Below are positions 26,847 through 34,609 of a stretch of 64,000 nucleotides of DNA, in pieces (position 1 is the stretch's first letter; each line of letters opens with the position of its first letter). The stretch covers positions 12,060 through 76,059 of the forward strand of contig JACPQN010000018.1 in NCBI GenBank assembly GCA_016190485.1, written 5' to 3'. The notes beneath the pieces were generated by a model. The model worked only from the letters and a program-made list of their open reading frames with translations. It had not been told where the DNA came from and ran no database searches. Both the position numbers and the translations under genes were made by a program. Source of the DNA: Chloroflexota bacterium. Its GTDB lineage: Bacteria; Chloroflexota; Dehalococcoidia; SHYD01.

Positions 26847-26888
26847 AGGGGGGGACTTGAGACGTCGCAGTATTTTCGACATAACCAT

Positions 26889-26921
26889 CCAGGGAGGGGA
26901 ATGCTATTCCTCCCCCTGCCA
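26889..26921. repeat. 33-bp direct repeat, copy 2
   Basis: CCAGGGAGGGGAATGCTATTCCTCCCcCTGCCA; one mismatch to 26589-26621. Confidence 0.65.
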
Positions 26922-26927
26922 CTGTGC

Positions 26928-28196
26928 TCAGCACACCACGTCGTGCAGCTCCGCCTGGGCCTTACGTCGTAGGTTCTGCAGCGTCGCCCGCGCCTCAGCG
27001 CCGGTGGCGGAGGGCGAGGAGACCAAGGCATCGATCTCCAGATCGAGCAGGGAGCTGAGATCCACCTCCTCGGGCGGTATGGGGCGGCCCCCGGCGTCTC
27101 GCAGCAGTCGGACCACGGGCCGCGCTAGGTCGGCGCTCTGCCGGATCACCACGCCTACGAGACTCTCCCCTTTCTGGCGGCGGAGCACCACCTCCTCTCC
27201 CACGGGATAGAGCGCCAGCACACCCAGGAAGCTATCCATGATGCCCGCGTTGAGGGACGCGCCGGCGCTCTGCTGCAGGATCTGGATGACCTGGTCCGGA
27301 GGGAGGGCCGGCCGGTAGGGGCGATGAGAGCTCAGGGCGTCGTACACGTCGGCGATGCTGGCCACCTCAGCCAGGGGCAGTATCTCACCGCCGCTGCGGC
27401 GGGTCCCCGGCCTGGGAACGCGATTTGACCCCACCAGCCCCCGGGGATAGCCGGTCCCATCCTGCCGCTCGTGATGCTGGTAGGGGATGTGGTTGGAGAT
27501 GATCCCGGGGCCAAAGAGCTGCTTGGCGGCCTGATAGCCCAGCGCCGGGTGTTGTCTTACCATGGCCATCTCGTCTTCCGTGAGCTTGCCCGGCTTGTTG
27601 AGCACCTCCGGAGCCACAAAGATCTTTCCAATATCGTGAAGCAGGCAGCCTGTGGCCAGCACGCATAGCGCGTCCCGGGAGAGGCGGAGTTGCTTGCCGA
27701 TGACCACCCCAGCCACCGCCACGCCCACGCTGTGCCCGAAGGTCCCTTCGTCGTGCAGACGGATGGCATCGATGCCCAAGCGGGCGTCTCGGTCGAGGAT
27801 CTCCGAGACGATGGCTGTGGCCGCCTGGGACAGCTCCACCAGGGGTCGCTTGTCTCTGGTGGCACGGGCAAAGGCCGCGCCATCCATGCCCCGCTTGGCG
27901 GCTGAGACGCTGGATCGTGGCACCGTTTCCGCGGCCCGCTCCAGGAAGCTCTGCATGTCCTGCACCACCCGCAGGCCGGTGGAGCGCACCTGGTCTGAGA
28001 TGATCTCGGGGATTTCGATGTCGTCGGTACGCCCGTCTTCGGCGAAGATGAGGTAGTACCCCCGCTCTCGAAGCAGTCGCAGGTGCTGGGGGCTCAGGGC
28101 GACCCCTGCGGCCAGGAGCAGCTCGCCCCGGTGGCCATAGATGGATTGACCCAGCTTCATACCGGGCGTAACGTTATTGACAAAGACTCGTCGCAT
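26928..28196 (-). CDS. HD-GYP domain c-di-GMP phosphodiesterase
   Basis: …HSVGVAVAGVVIG…CLLHDIGKIFV…LTEDEMAMVRQHPALGY…HHERQDGTGYPRGL… (HD and GYP signatures intact). Confidence 0.9.
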   Translation of the reverse strand: MRRVFVNNVTPGMKLGQSIYGHRGELLLAAGVALSPQHLRLLRERGYYLIFAEDGRTDDIEIPEIISDQVRSTGLRVVQDMQSFLERAAETVPRSSVSAAKRGMDGAAFARATRDKRPLVELSQAATAIVSEILDRDARLGIDAIRLHDEGTFGHSVGVAVAGVVIGKQLRLSRDALCVLATGCLLHDIGKIFVAPEVLNKPGKLTEDEMAMVRQHPALGYQAAKQLFGPGIISNHIPYQHHERQDGTGYPRGLVGSNRVPRPGTRRSGGEILPLAEVASIADVYDALSSHRPYRPALPPDQVIQILQQSAGASLNAGIMDSFLGVLALYPVGEEVVLRRQKGESLVGVVIRQSADLARPVVRLLRDAGGRPIPPEEVDLSSLLDLEIDALVSSPSATGAEARATLQNLRRKAQAELHDVVC

Positions 28197-28489
28197 CGGG
28201 CTCCCTCAGCTGGCCCTGCTTGATGAGACCACCGGCAAGACTCCTCGACCAACCCACCCCGGCACGTAGGTCTCGTCACTGCTCCGGCGCAGCATCGTCC
28301 CGGCCCAAGCGCTCTGGAGGTTGCTTCCCGCTCCACAGCCAAGCGCCGGCAAGGTGGGGACCTGCTGGAGAGATGAGGTCTGCAGCATTGCTCTGAATAT
28401 GACTTTCGGCAGTTTCCGACCTGGTTCACAGGCTGAGGGACCAGAACCAGGATCACGGTAGCCTGGGGACTTGCAACTGACCTCCGGTT

Positions 28490-28498
28490 GCCGATAGT
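28490..28498 (+). promoter_or_regulatory. sigma-28 (FliA)-type -10 box GCCGATAGT upstream of the cheY-like gene
   Basis: Matches the GCCGATA core of the sigma-28/SigD -10 consensus. A second GCCGATAG lies at 28543-28550. No clear -35. Confidence 0.4.
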
Positions 28499-28537
28499 AG
28501 CATTGTCGGGCAGCCACTGCCGGCGCCGGACGACAAC

Positions 28538-28948
28538 GTGGCGCCGATAGGAGTTTTGCTGCCGCCGGGGCGCCAAGCATTGACGACCATCCTGCTGGTG
28601 GATGACTCAGCCGTGGTGCGCAACAGCCTCGCCCAGATGCTGAGCAACCGCGGATATGACGTGGTGGAAGCACCGGATGGCCTGGAGGCCCTAGAGCAGT
28701 ACGCCCTCCGGCGCCCGGAGGGCGTACTCATGGATCTCTACATGCCCAGGATGGACGGCATGGCGGCCCTGCGGGAGCTGGTGCGGCGCTTTCCCGGCGC
28801 CAGGGTCGCCTTGATGACCGCAGGCGATGTCCGGAGCGTGATGGCCGAGGCGCGCGCCGCCGGGGCCGTCGCTGTGCTGGCCAAACCCCTCTCCGCCGAG
28901 CAGCTCCTGGCCGCCGTCAGGAACCTGACCGGCGGCTCGCCTCCCTAA
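28538..28948 (+). CDS. CheY-like single-domain response regulator
   Basis: …ILLVDDSAVVRN…VLMDLYMPRMDG…ALMTAG…LAKPL… (all receiver residues present). Start is uncertain: GTG 28538, TTG 28556, or TTG 28580, which would give a canonical ~122-aa CheY. Confidence 0.85.
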   Translation: MAPIGVLLPPGRQALTTILLVDDSAVVRNSLAQMLSNRGYDVVEAPDGLEALEQYALRRPEGVLMDLYMPRMDGMAALRELVRRFPGARVALMTAGDVRSVMAEARAAGAVAVLAKPLSAEQLLAAVRNLTGGSPP

Positions 28949-28982
28949 CATCGGCCAGCCCCTTACATCGGGGGCAACTCCT

Positions 28983-28991
28983 GCCGAAAGT
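28983..28991 (+). promoter_or_regulatory. sigma-28-like -10 variant GCCGAAAGT upstream of flbD
   Basis: One mismatch to the recurrent GCCGATAGT. Lies in the 220-nt cheY-flbD spacer. Confidence 0.3.
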
Positions 28992-29168
28992 AGAGCTTGG
29001 ACACGGAAAGGCGGCCGGGGCCACGAAAGGCCGCTGGGCGGGAGCAGCGCCGCTCCCGGGCCACATGGTGACGGGGACTAGAGATACCAAGGGGCGCGCC
29101 ATCCCGTACAAAGGTACTGGCTCATCTGTCGGGAAGCCTATGGGCCGCCGGCGGGAGCAGGCCCTAGG

Positions 29169-29441
29169 ATGGTAGAGGCGGGCCGGAAAGCAGCGTCGTC
29201 CGTGATCTGTACCACGCGTCTGGACAACACCGAGCTGGTGCTCAACTGCGACCTGATAGAGCACATAGACGCCACGCCGGACACGGTCATCACCCTGATC
29301 AACGGCAAGAAGTGGGTGGTGCGGGAGTCCATTGACGAGATCATCCGGCGGGTCGTGGAGTATCACCGTTCGGTCGGCCGGAGCTGCGGGCCTGCGGCGT
29401 TCGCCGCCATCCAGGATGCGACAGGCCAGGGCGGAGGCTAG
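29169..29441 (+). CDS. flbD: flagellar protein FlbD
   Basis: …TRLDNTELVLNCDLIEHIDATPDTVITLINGKKWVVRESIDEIIRRV… is the FlbD signature. GTG at 29202 is an alternative start. Confidence 0.85.
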   Translation: MVEAGRKAASSVICTTRLDNTELVLNCDLIEHIDATPDTVITLINGKKWVVRESIDEIIRRVVEYHRSVGRSCGPAAFAAIQDATGQGGG

Positions 29442-29444
29442 GCT

Positions 29445-30254
29445 ATGGACCTGGCCACCATTCTTGGGCTGACCCTGGGCTTTGGCGCCCTCATCGGCGG
29501 CTTTCTCATAGAGGGAGGCACTCCCACCGGGCTGCTGAACATCTCGGCAGCCATCATAGTGTTGGGGGGAACCGTGGCCGCGGCCATGGTCAGCTTCCCT
29601 CTCGCCACCCTGCTGGGGGTGCCCAAGGCCATTGTCAACGCTCTAGTGGAGCGGAGGGAACGCCCCACGGAGGTGCTCCACTCCTTTGTGGGTCTGGCGG
29701 AGAAGGCGCGCCGAGAGGGCCTCCTCTCCCTGGAACAGGAGGCCCAGGCGCTGCGGGACCCCTTCACCAGAAAGGGCGTGCTGATGGTGGTAGACGGGAT
29801 GGACCCAGAGGTGATCCAGAACATCCTGGAGACCGACATTGCTTCGGCAAAGCAGCGGCATGAGCACTACTACGCGGTCCTGGAGGCCATGGGCGGCTAC
29901 TCACCTACCATGGGCATCATCGGGACGGTGATGGGCTTGGTGAACGTGCTGAGCAACCTCAGCGAGCCGGGGGAGCTGGGCCATGCCATCGCCGTGGCCT
30001 TCATCGCTACCCTGTACGGCGTGTCCACCGCCAACGTGGTGTACCTCCCCCTGGCCAACAAGCTGAAGCAGAAGAGTAAGGAAGAAGCCCACATGCGGGA
30101 AGTGATGCTGGAGGGCGTGCTGTCCATCCAGTCCGGGGATAACCCCCGGGTGGTGCAGGAGAAGCTGGAGGCCTTCCTACCCGCAGCGGCCCGCCGGGGC
30201 GGCGCAGGGCACGCCGCCAGTGCGGCGCAGCCGGAGCAACGCGAGGCCGCGTAA
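29445..30254 (+). CDS. motA: flagellar stator protein MotA
   Basis: …YSPTMGIIGTVMGLVNVL…AVAFIATLYGVSTANVVYLPLANKL…. Confidence 0.9.
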   Translation: MDLATILGLTLGFGALIGGFLIEGGTPTGLLNISAAIIVLGGTVAAAMVSFPLATLLGVPKAIVNALVERRERPTEVLHSFVGLAEKARREGLLSLEQEAQALRDPFTRKGVLMVVDGMDPEVIQNILETDIASAKQRHEHYYAVLEAMGGYSPTMGIIGTVMGLVNVLSNLSEPGELGHAIAVAFIATLYGVSTANVVYLPLANKLKQKSKEEAHMREVMLEGVLSIQSGDNPRVVQEKLEAFLPAAARRGGAGHAASAAQPEQREAA

Positions 30255-30271
30255 AGGAGCACACGGCGCCG

Positions 30272-31045
30272 ATGGCCCGGAGGGCGAAGGAGCAGGAGAA
30301 GCCAGAGAACCACGAGCGGTGGCTCATCACCTATGCCGACATGATCACCCTGCTCATGGTGTTCTTCATCGTCCTCTATGCCAGCTCCGTGACGGACCGC
30401 GCCAAGTTTGATAGCCTGGCCACGGCCCTGCAGCAGGCCTTCAACGTGGACGTGTTGAAGGGGATAGACCCTGCCCCCACGGCGCCGGACCCGGGGTCCA
30501 GCGGCGCGCTGGCGCAGCTCCTGGCCCGCGACCTGGAGCGGCTGCAACAGGTCATAGACCCCCTGCGGGGCGCCGCGCCTTCCGTAGGAGGGATGGAAAC
30601 CGAGCTGAACCGGGAGGGCATCCTCATCAGCCTCTACGGCAACCTCCTCTTCGACTCCGGCAAGGCCACCCTGAAGGACGAGGCCCTGGGAGTGCTGACT
30701 CAGCTGTCCCGAACCCTGGCGCCGCTCCCCAACACCGTCAGAGTCGAAGGGCACACCGACAGCATCCCTATCCAGAGCGCCATGTATCCCTCCAACTGGG
30801 AGCTCTCCGCCGCCCGGGCCACCGCGGTGGTGCGCTACTTCGCGGTGGCAGGCATCAACCCCCAGCGGATGCAGGCCACGGGCTATGGAGAGACCCGTCC
30901 CCGCAACCCCAACGACACTCGGGAGCAGCGGGCGCGCAACCGGCGTGTAGACATTCAGCTCAGCTACCCCGAAGCGCAGCGCCTCACCAGCGCAGACCTG
31001 CGCCAGATCCAGGGCGCGGTACCAGGAGGCAGTAATGTTCCCTAA
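30272..31045 (+). CDS. motB: flagellar stator protein MotB (OmpA-like C-terminus)
   Basis: …ERWLITYADMITLLMVFFIVLYA… plug/TM region with the conserved D, and OmpA-like …VRVEGHTDSIPI…NWELSAARA…GYGETRP…NRRVDI. Confidence 0.9.
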   Translation: MARRAKEQEKPENHERWLITYADMITLLMVFFIVLYASSVTDRAKFDSLATALQQAFNVDVLKGIDPAPTAPDPGSSGALAQLLARDLERLQQVIDPLRGAAPSVGGMETELNREGILISLYGNLLFDSGKATLKDEALGVLTQLSRTLAPLPNTVRVEGHTDSIPIQSAMYPSNWELSAARATAVVRYFAVAGINPQRMQATGYGETRPRNPNDTREQRARNRRVDIQLSYPEAQRLTSADLRQIQGAVPGGSNVP

Positions 31046-31559
31046 GAAGTGGATGCTCTTCGCCGTGGTGGCCGTTGCCCTCGGGGTTGGCGCCCTCACG
31101 CTGACCCTGGACCCCTTTGGAGCAAAGGCGGCCCTGGCCAAGAAGGCGGAGGGCCAGGGCGCCCACGCCCCGGCGGAGGACAGCGCCCACGGCGAGTCCA
31201 CGGCGCGAGGGCTGATGTACTCCACCAAAGAGCGGGTGGTGAACCTGGCCGATCCCGGCGGGTTTCGCTACCTCAAGGTCGAGGTGGTGCTGGAGCTGGG
31301 CGTGCCCGCCAAGGAGCTGGAGGGACTGAAGGGCGAAGGCTACAAGAAGAAGCAGGAGGAGCTGGCCAAGGAGATGGCGCCCGTGGCGCCAGTGATCGAC
31401 GACGCCATCACCGCCCACCTCTCCAGCAGGCTGGCCTCAGAGCTGCTGACCGCCTCGGGCAAAGCGACCCTGCGGGAAGAGCTGAAGGAGCGCCTCGCCC
31501 CCCTGGTGCATTCCCACCCCTTGAAGGGCATCTATCTCACCCAGTTCATCATTCAGTAG
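31035..31559 (+). CDS. fliL: flagellar basal-body-associated protein FliL
   Basis: N-terminal TM, then …ERVVNLADPGGFRYLKVEVVLEL…IYLTQFIIQ. Confidence 0.85.
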   Translation: MFPKKWMLFAVVAVALGVGALTLTLDPFGAKAALAKKAEGQGAHAPAEDSAHGESTARGLMYSTKERVVNLADPGGFRYLKVEVVLELGVPAKELEGLKGEGYKKKQEELAKEMAPVAPVIDDAITAHLSSRLASELLTASGKATLREELKERLAPLVHSHPLKGIYLTQFIIQ

Positions 31560-31651
31560 CCCTGCCCGCCGAGGCGGGCCTACCCGGCGGAGCCAGTCGC
31601 AGAAGACCGCGTGGATGGCGCCGGGAAGCAGCGGAAGAGAGGAAGACCACC

Positions 31652-32098
31652 ATGGCGCCGGACCTAGAGGACGAGGAGTTCCTGACCGACGACGGCCCCT
31701 TGCCCGCCGACTTTCCGGCGCGCCAGCCGCAGCCGCTGCCCCTGGAGCGTCCGCCCGCTGATCCCGAGCCGCGGGAGCCGGTGAGCGTGCGCCCGGTGCA
31801 GTTCGCGCCCTTTGCCAGCCGGAATACCCCCAAGGTCTCGGACGAGGCCAACCTGGACCTTCTGATGGACGTGGATATGCGGGTCACCGTGGAGCTGGGC
31901 CGCACCGAGAAACCCATCCGGGAGATCCTCCAGATGGGGCCTGGCTCCATCGTGGCCCTGGACAAGCTGGCGGGGGAGCCCGTTGATGTGAAGGTCAACG
32001 GGGTTCTCATTGCCTACGGCGAGATCGTGGTAGTGGACGAGAAGTTCGGCGTGCGCCTGACGCAGATCCTCTCCGCCGCCAGGCGGGCGGGGAGCTAG
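31652..32098 (+). CDS. fliN: flagellar motor switch protein FliN (short form)
   Basis: SpoA domain …LLMDVDMRVTVELGRTEKPIREILQMGPGSIVALDKLAGEPVDVKVNGVLIAYGEIVVVDEKFGVRLTQIL. The tracked 349-aa ORF from 31049 is an out-of-frame overlap of fliL. Confidence 0.9.
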   Translation: MAPDLEDEEFLTDDGPLPADFPARQPQPLPLERPPADPEPREPVSVRPVQFAPFASRNTPKVSDEANLDLLMDVDMRVTVELGRTEKPIREILQMGPGSIVALDKLAGEPVDVKVNGVLIAYGEIVVVDEKFGVRLTQILSAARRAGS

Positions 32099-32100
32099 GG

Positions 32101-32562
32101 GTGCTCCGCCCGGCGCGCTCCTGGCTCGGCAGCCCGAGGCCGCTCGTTGCGGCCCTGGTCCTTGCGCTGGGCGGCCTCGGCGCGCTGCTCCTGGCCTGGG
32201 GAGGGGCTGCCGGCACGGGGAGCGAGGGATCCCCGCCGTGGGCCGCCGCCGAGCTGGCGGTCAAGCTGCTGGCCGTGGTGGCGCTGGCCTACGGCAGCCT
32301 CTGGCTGCTGCGCCGCGCCGCGCCGGGCGCGCGCTGGCGCTCCCAGCAGCAACGGCCACTGGAGGTGCTGGACACCCTGCACTTGGGCCAGCAGCGGGCC
32401 ATCCACCTGGTGCGCGTGGGCCGGAGGACCCTGGTGGTGGGGGTCACACCCCAGCAGATCACGCCCCTGGACGTGATCGAAGACGAGGCGCTGTGGCCGG
32501 AGCGCCCGGAAGCAGAGGCGATGTTCCGCCCCTTCGACTGGGCTCAGGACAAGCTGCCTTAA
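32101..32562 (+). CDS. fliO: flagellar biosynthesis protein FliO
   Basis: Single TM, then …LEVLDTLHLGQQRAIHLVRVGRRTLVVGVTPQQITPL… The last 11 codons (FRPFDWAQDKLP) are encoded by a dispersed-repeat copy. Confidence 0.75.
   Translation: MLRPARSWLGSPRPLVAALVLALGGLGALLLAWGGAAGTGSEGSPPWAAAELAVKLLAVVALAYGSLWLLRRAAPGARWRSQQQRPLEVLDTLHLGQQRAIHLVRVGRRTLVVGVTPQQITPLDVIEDEALWPERPEAEAMFRPFDWAQDKLP
32529..32558. repeat. dispersed hairpin-repeat copy forming the 3' end of fliO
   Basis: CCCCTTCGACTGGGCTCAGGACAAGCTGCC carries the family words CCCTTCGAC / CTCAGGACA. Confidence 0.6.
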
Positions 32563-32758
32563 GTCCCCTCCTGGATTTCCTCTTCCTTTCTTCCGGATAC
32601 AGCACAGCCTTCCCTTCCCCTCCCCACATCCTGCCGGCGCGGGGGTCCGGTCGCGCCAGCCATCGGTACTGCCCCTGGTATCCAAACGGACGCCGCAGGG
32701 AGTACCGCGGCTCCTGTAAGGCCGGTTTGGCCGCATGGGAAGATGGCTGCAAGCCACC

Positions 32759-33559
32759 ATGAGTATCCCTCTCAGACCAACACTGCCTGCGGGCATGCGC
32801 CCCGCCTGCGCCCCGCGCCTGCTGGGCGTCGCACTGCCCATGCTGGCGCTGCTCGCCGCGGGGTGCGCCTCCACGGCGCCGGGGGGCGCCGGCGCGCCGG
32901 CGCTGCCCCTGGAGGTGGCCGATAGCGCCGGCGGCCGGCTCACGGCGGTGCAGATCGTTGTGCTGCTCACCGTGCTGTCCCTGGCGCCGGCCTTCCTCAT
33001 GCTCTTCACCTCCTTCACCCGCATCATCATCGTCCTCTCCTTCGTGCGCAGCGCTATCGGCGTGCAGCAGTTGCCGCCCAACCAGGTCTTCATCGGGCTG
33101 GCTCTGTTCCTCACCTTCTTTGTCATGTCGCCGGTGTGGGACCAGGTGCACCAGCAGGCGCTGGGGCCCTATCTGACTGGAGAGCTCCCCCAGGACCAGG
33201 CCTTCAACCGGGGGATGGCGCCGCTGCGGCAGTTCATGCTGAAGCAGACCAGGGAGAAGGACATCGAGCTCTTCCTATCTATGACCAAGATTCCGGCCGT
33301 GAATACCCCTGACGACGTGCCGAACCACGTGCTGCTGCCCGCCTTCGTGATCAGCGAGCTGAAGACGGGGTTCCAGATGGGGTTCCTGGTCTTCGTCCCC
33401 TTTCTCATCATCGACCTGGTGGTGTCCAGCACCCTCATGTCCATGGGCATGATGATGCTACCTCCGGTGGTGGTCTCGCTGCCTTTCAAGGTCCTCTTCT
33501 TTGTGTTAGTGGACGGCTGGCACCTGGTGGTGCGGTCGCTGCTGATGAGCTTTAGCTAG
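32759..33559 (+). CDS. fliP: flagellar export apparatus protein FliP
   Basis: Signal-like N-terminus, then …VQIVVLLTVLSLAPAFLMLFTSFTRIIIVLSFVRSAIG…FVISELKTGFQMGFLVFVPFLIIDLVVSS… ATG at 32735 is an alternative start. Confidence 0.92.
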   Translation: MSIPLRPTLPAGMRPACAPRLLGVALPMLALLAAGCASTAPGGAGAPALPLEVADSAGGRLTAVQIVVLLTVLSLAPAFLMLFTSFTRIIIVLSFVRSAIGVQQLPPNQVFIGLALFLTFFVMSPVWDQVHQQALGPYLTGELPQDQAFNRGMAPLRQFMLKQTREKDIELFLSMTKIPAVNTPDDVPNHVLLPAFVISELKTGFQMGFLVFVPFLIIDLVVSSTLMSMGMMMLPPVVVSLPFKVLFFVLVDGWHLVVRSLLMSFS

Positions 33560-33569
33560 GAGACGCTGG

Positions 33570-33839
33570 ATGACGCTGGCGACCGCCATGGAGTTGACCC
33601 AGGGCGCCCTGAGCACGACACTCCTGCTGCTGGCGCCGCTCCTGGCCAGCGCGCTGCTGGTGGGGCTGGCCGTGAGCCTGTTTCAAGCCGTGACCCAGCT
33701 CAACGAGCTGACCCTCACCTTCGTCCCGAAGCTGCTGGTGCTGGCGGGCGTGCTCGTAGCCCTGGGCCCCTGGATGCTCACCACCCTCTTGGACTACTCA
33801 GTCCGGCTCTTCGCCCTGATGCCCTACATGGTGCGGTGA
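33570..33839 (+). CDS. fliQ: flagellar export apparatus protein FliQ
   Basis: 89 aa with two TM segments, …LFQAVTQLNELTLTFVPKL…. Confidence 0.9.
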   Translation: MTLATAMELTQGALSTTLLLLAPLLASALLVGLAVSLFQAVTQLNELTLTFVPKLLVLAGVLVALGPWMLTTLLDYSVRLFALMPYMVR

Positions 33840-34609
33840 TGGCTCTCTCCCTGGAGTACGGGCAGCAGCTCCTGCTCCTCTTCGCCCGGCACTCGGCAGT
33901 CTTCCTCATGCTCCCGGTCTTCAGCTTGCGGGCGTTGCCCGTCACGGTACGGCTCGCCCTGGCCGGGTTGGTCTCCGTGGCGGTGATGCCTCCAGAAACC
34001 GCCATTCACCGCCCCGTGCCGGGCGACTACGGGTACTTCCTGGCCCTGGGGAAGGAGACGCTGCTAGGGGTCTTCCTGGGCTTCGGATTGCAGCTCGCCT
34101 TTGCGGGGTTGCAGGGGGCCGGCGCGCTGGTGGACATGCAACTGGGCTTCAGCATGGCCGAGGTGGTGGACCCTGCCTCCGGCGCCCGAGACAGCCTGAT
34201 GGGCGCCTTCTACCACCTCCTGGCCGCGTACGTGTTCTTCGCGGTCGACGCGCACCACCAGGTGGTGCTGGCGCTGCGCTACCTCTTTCAGGCGGCGCCC
34301 CTGGACCACTGGGCGATGGGCTCTGGCACGGTGGAGGGGTTTCTCTCCCTCTCCGCGACCCTCTTTACGGCGGCCGTGCGTATGGCGCTGCCGGTCCTGA
34401 CCGTCACTCTGGTGGTAGACCTCGCTCTGGCCCTGGCAACGCGCCTCGTGCCGCAGCTTCAGCCCTACTATGTGGGACAGCCCCTGAAGATTGGCCTGGG
34501 CCTCCTGGTAGTGCTGCTGGGCGTCCCGCTTTGGGTCTCCCTGGCCAGTGGGGTCTTGAGCGGCCTGGCGAAGGACGCCATCGTCCTGGTGGGAGCAGCT
34601 AGACCATGA
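33836..34609 (+). CDS. fliR: flagellar export apparatus protein FliR
   Basis: 257-aa polytopic protein overlapping both fliQ and flhB by 4 nt; …GLQLAFAGLQGAGALVDMQLGFSMA…. Confidence 0.9.
   Translation: MMALSLEYGQQLLLLFARHSAVFLMLPVFSLRALPVTVRLALAGLVSVAVMPPETAIHRPVPGDYGYFLALGKETLLGVFLGFGLQLAFAGLQGAGALVDMQLGFSMAEVVDPASGARDSLMGAFYHLLAAYVFFAVDAHHQVVLALRYLFQAAPLDHWAMGSGTVEGFLSLSATLFTAAVRMALPVLTVTLVVDLALALATRLVPQLQPYYVGQPLKIGLGLLVVLLGVPLWVSLASGVLSGLAKDAIVLVGAARP

Noticed and set aside
26589-26921. Possible CRISPR array, because of identical 33-bp repeats.
   Set aside because: There are only two copies, 300 bp apart, which is far larger than spacer size. No cas genes are present, and the intervening sequence is itself made of other repeat families.
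31049-32098. 349-aa ORF that could have been taken for a FliM-FliN fusion.
   Set aside because: Only the last 148 codons (from ATG 31652) are FliN-like. The upstream 200 codons run out of frame across fliL and translate to low-complexity Arg/Gly/Pro sequence.
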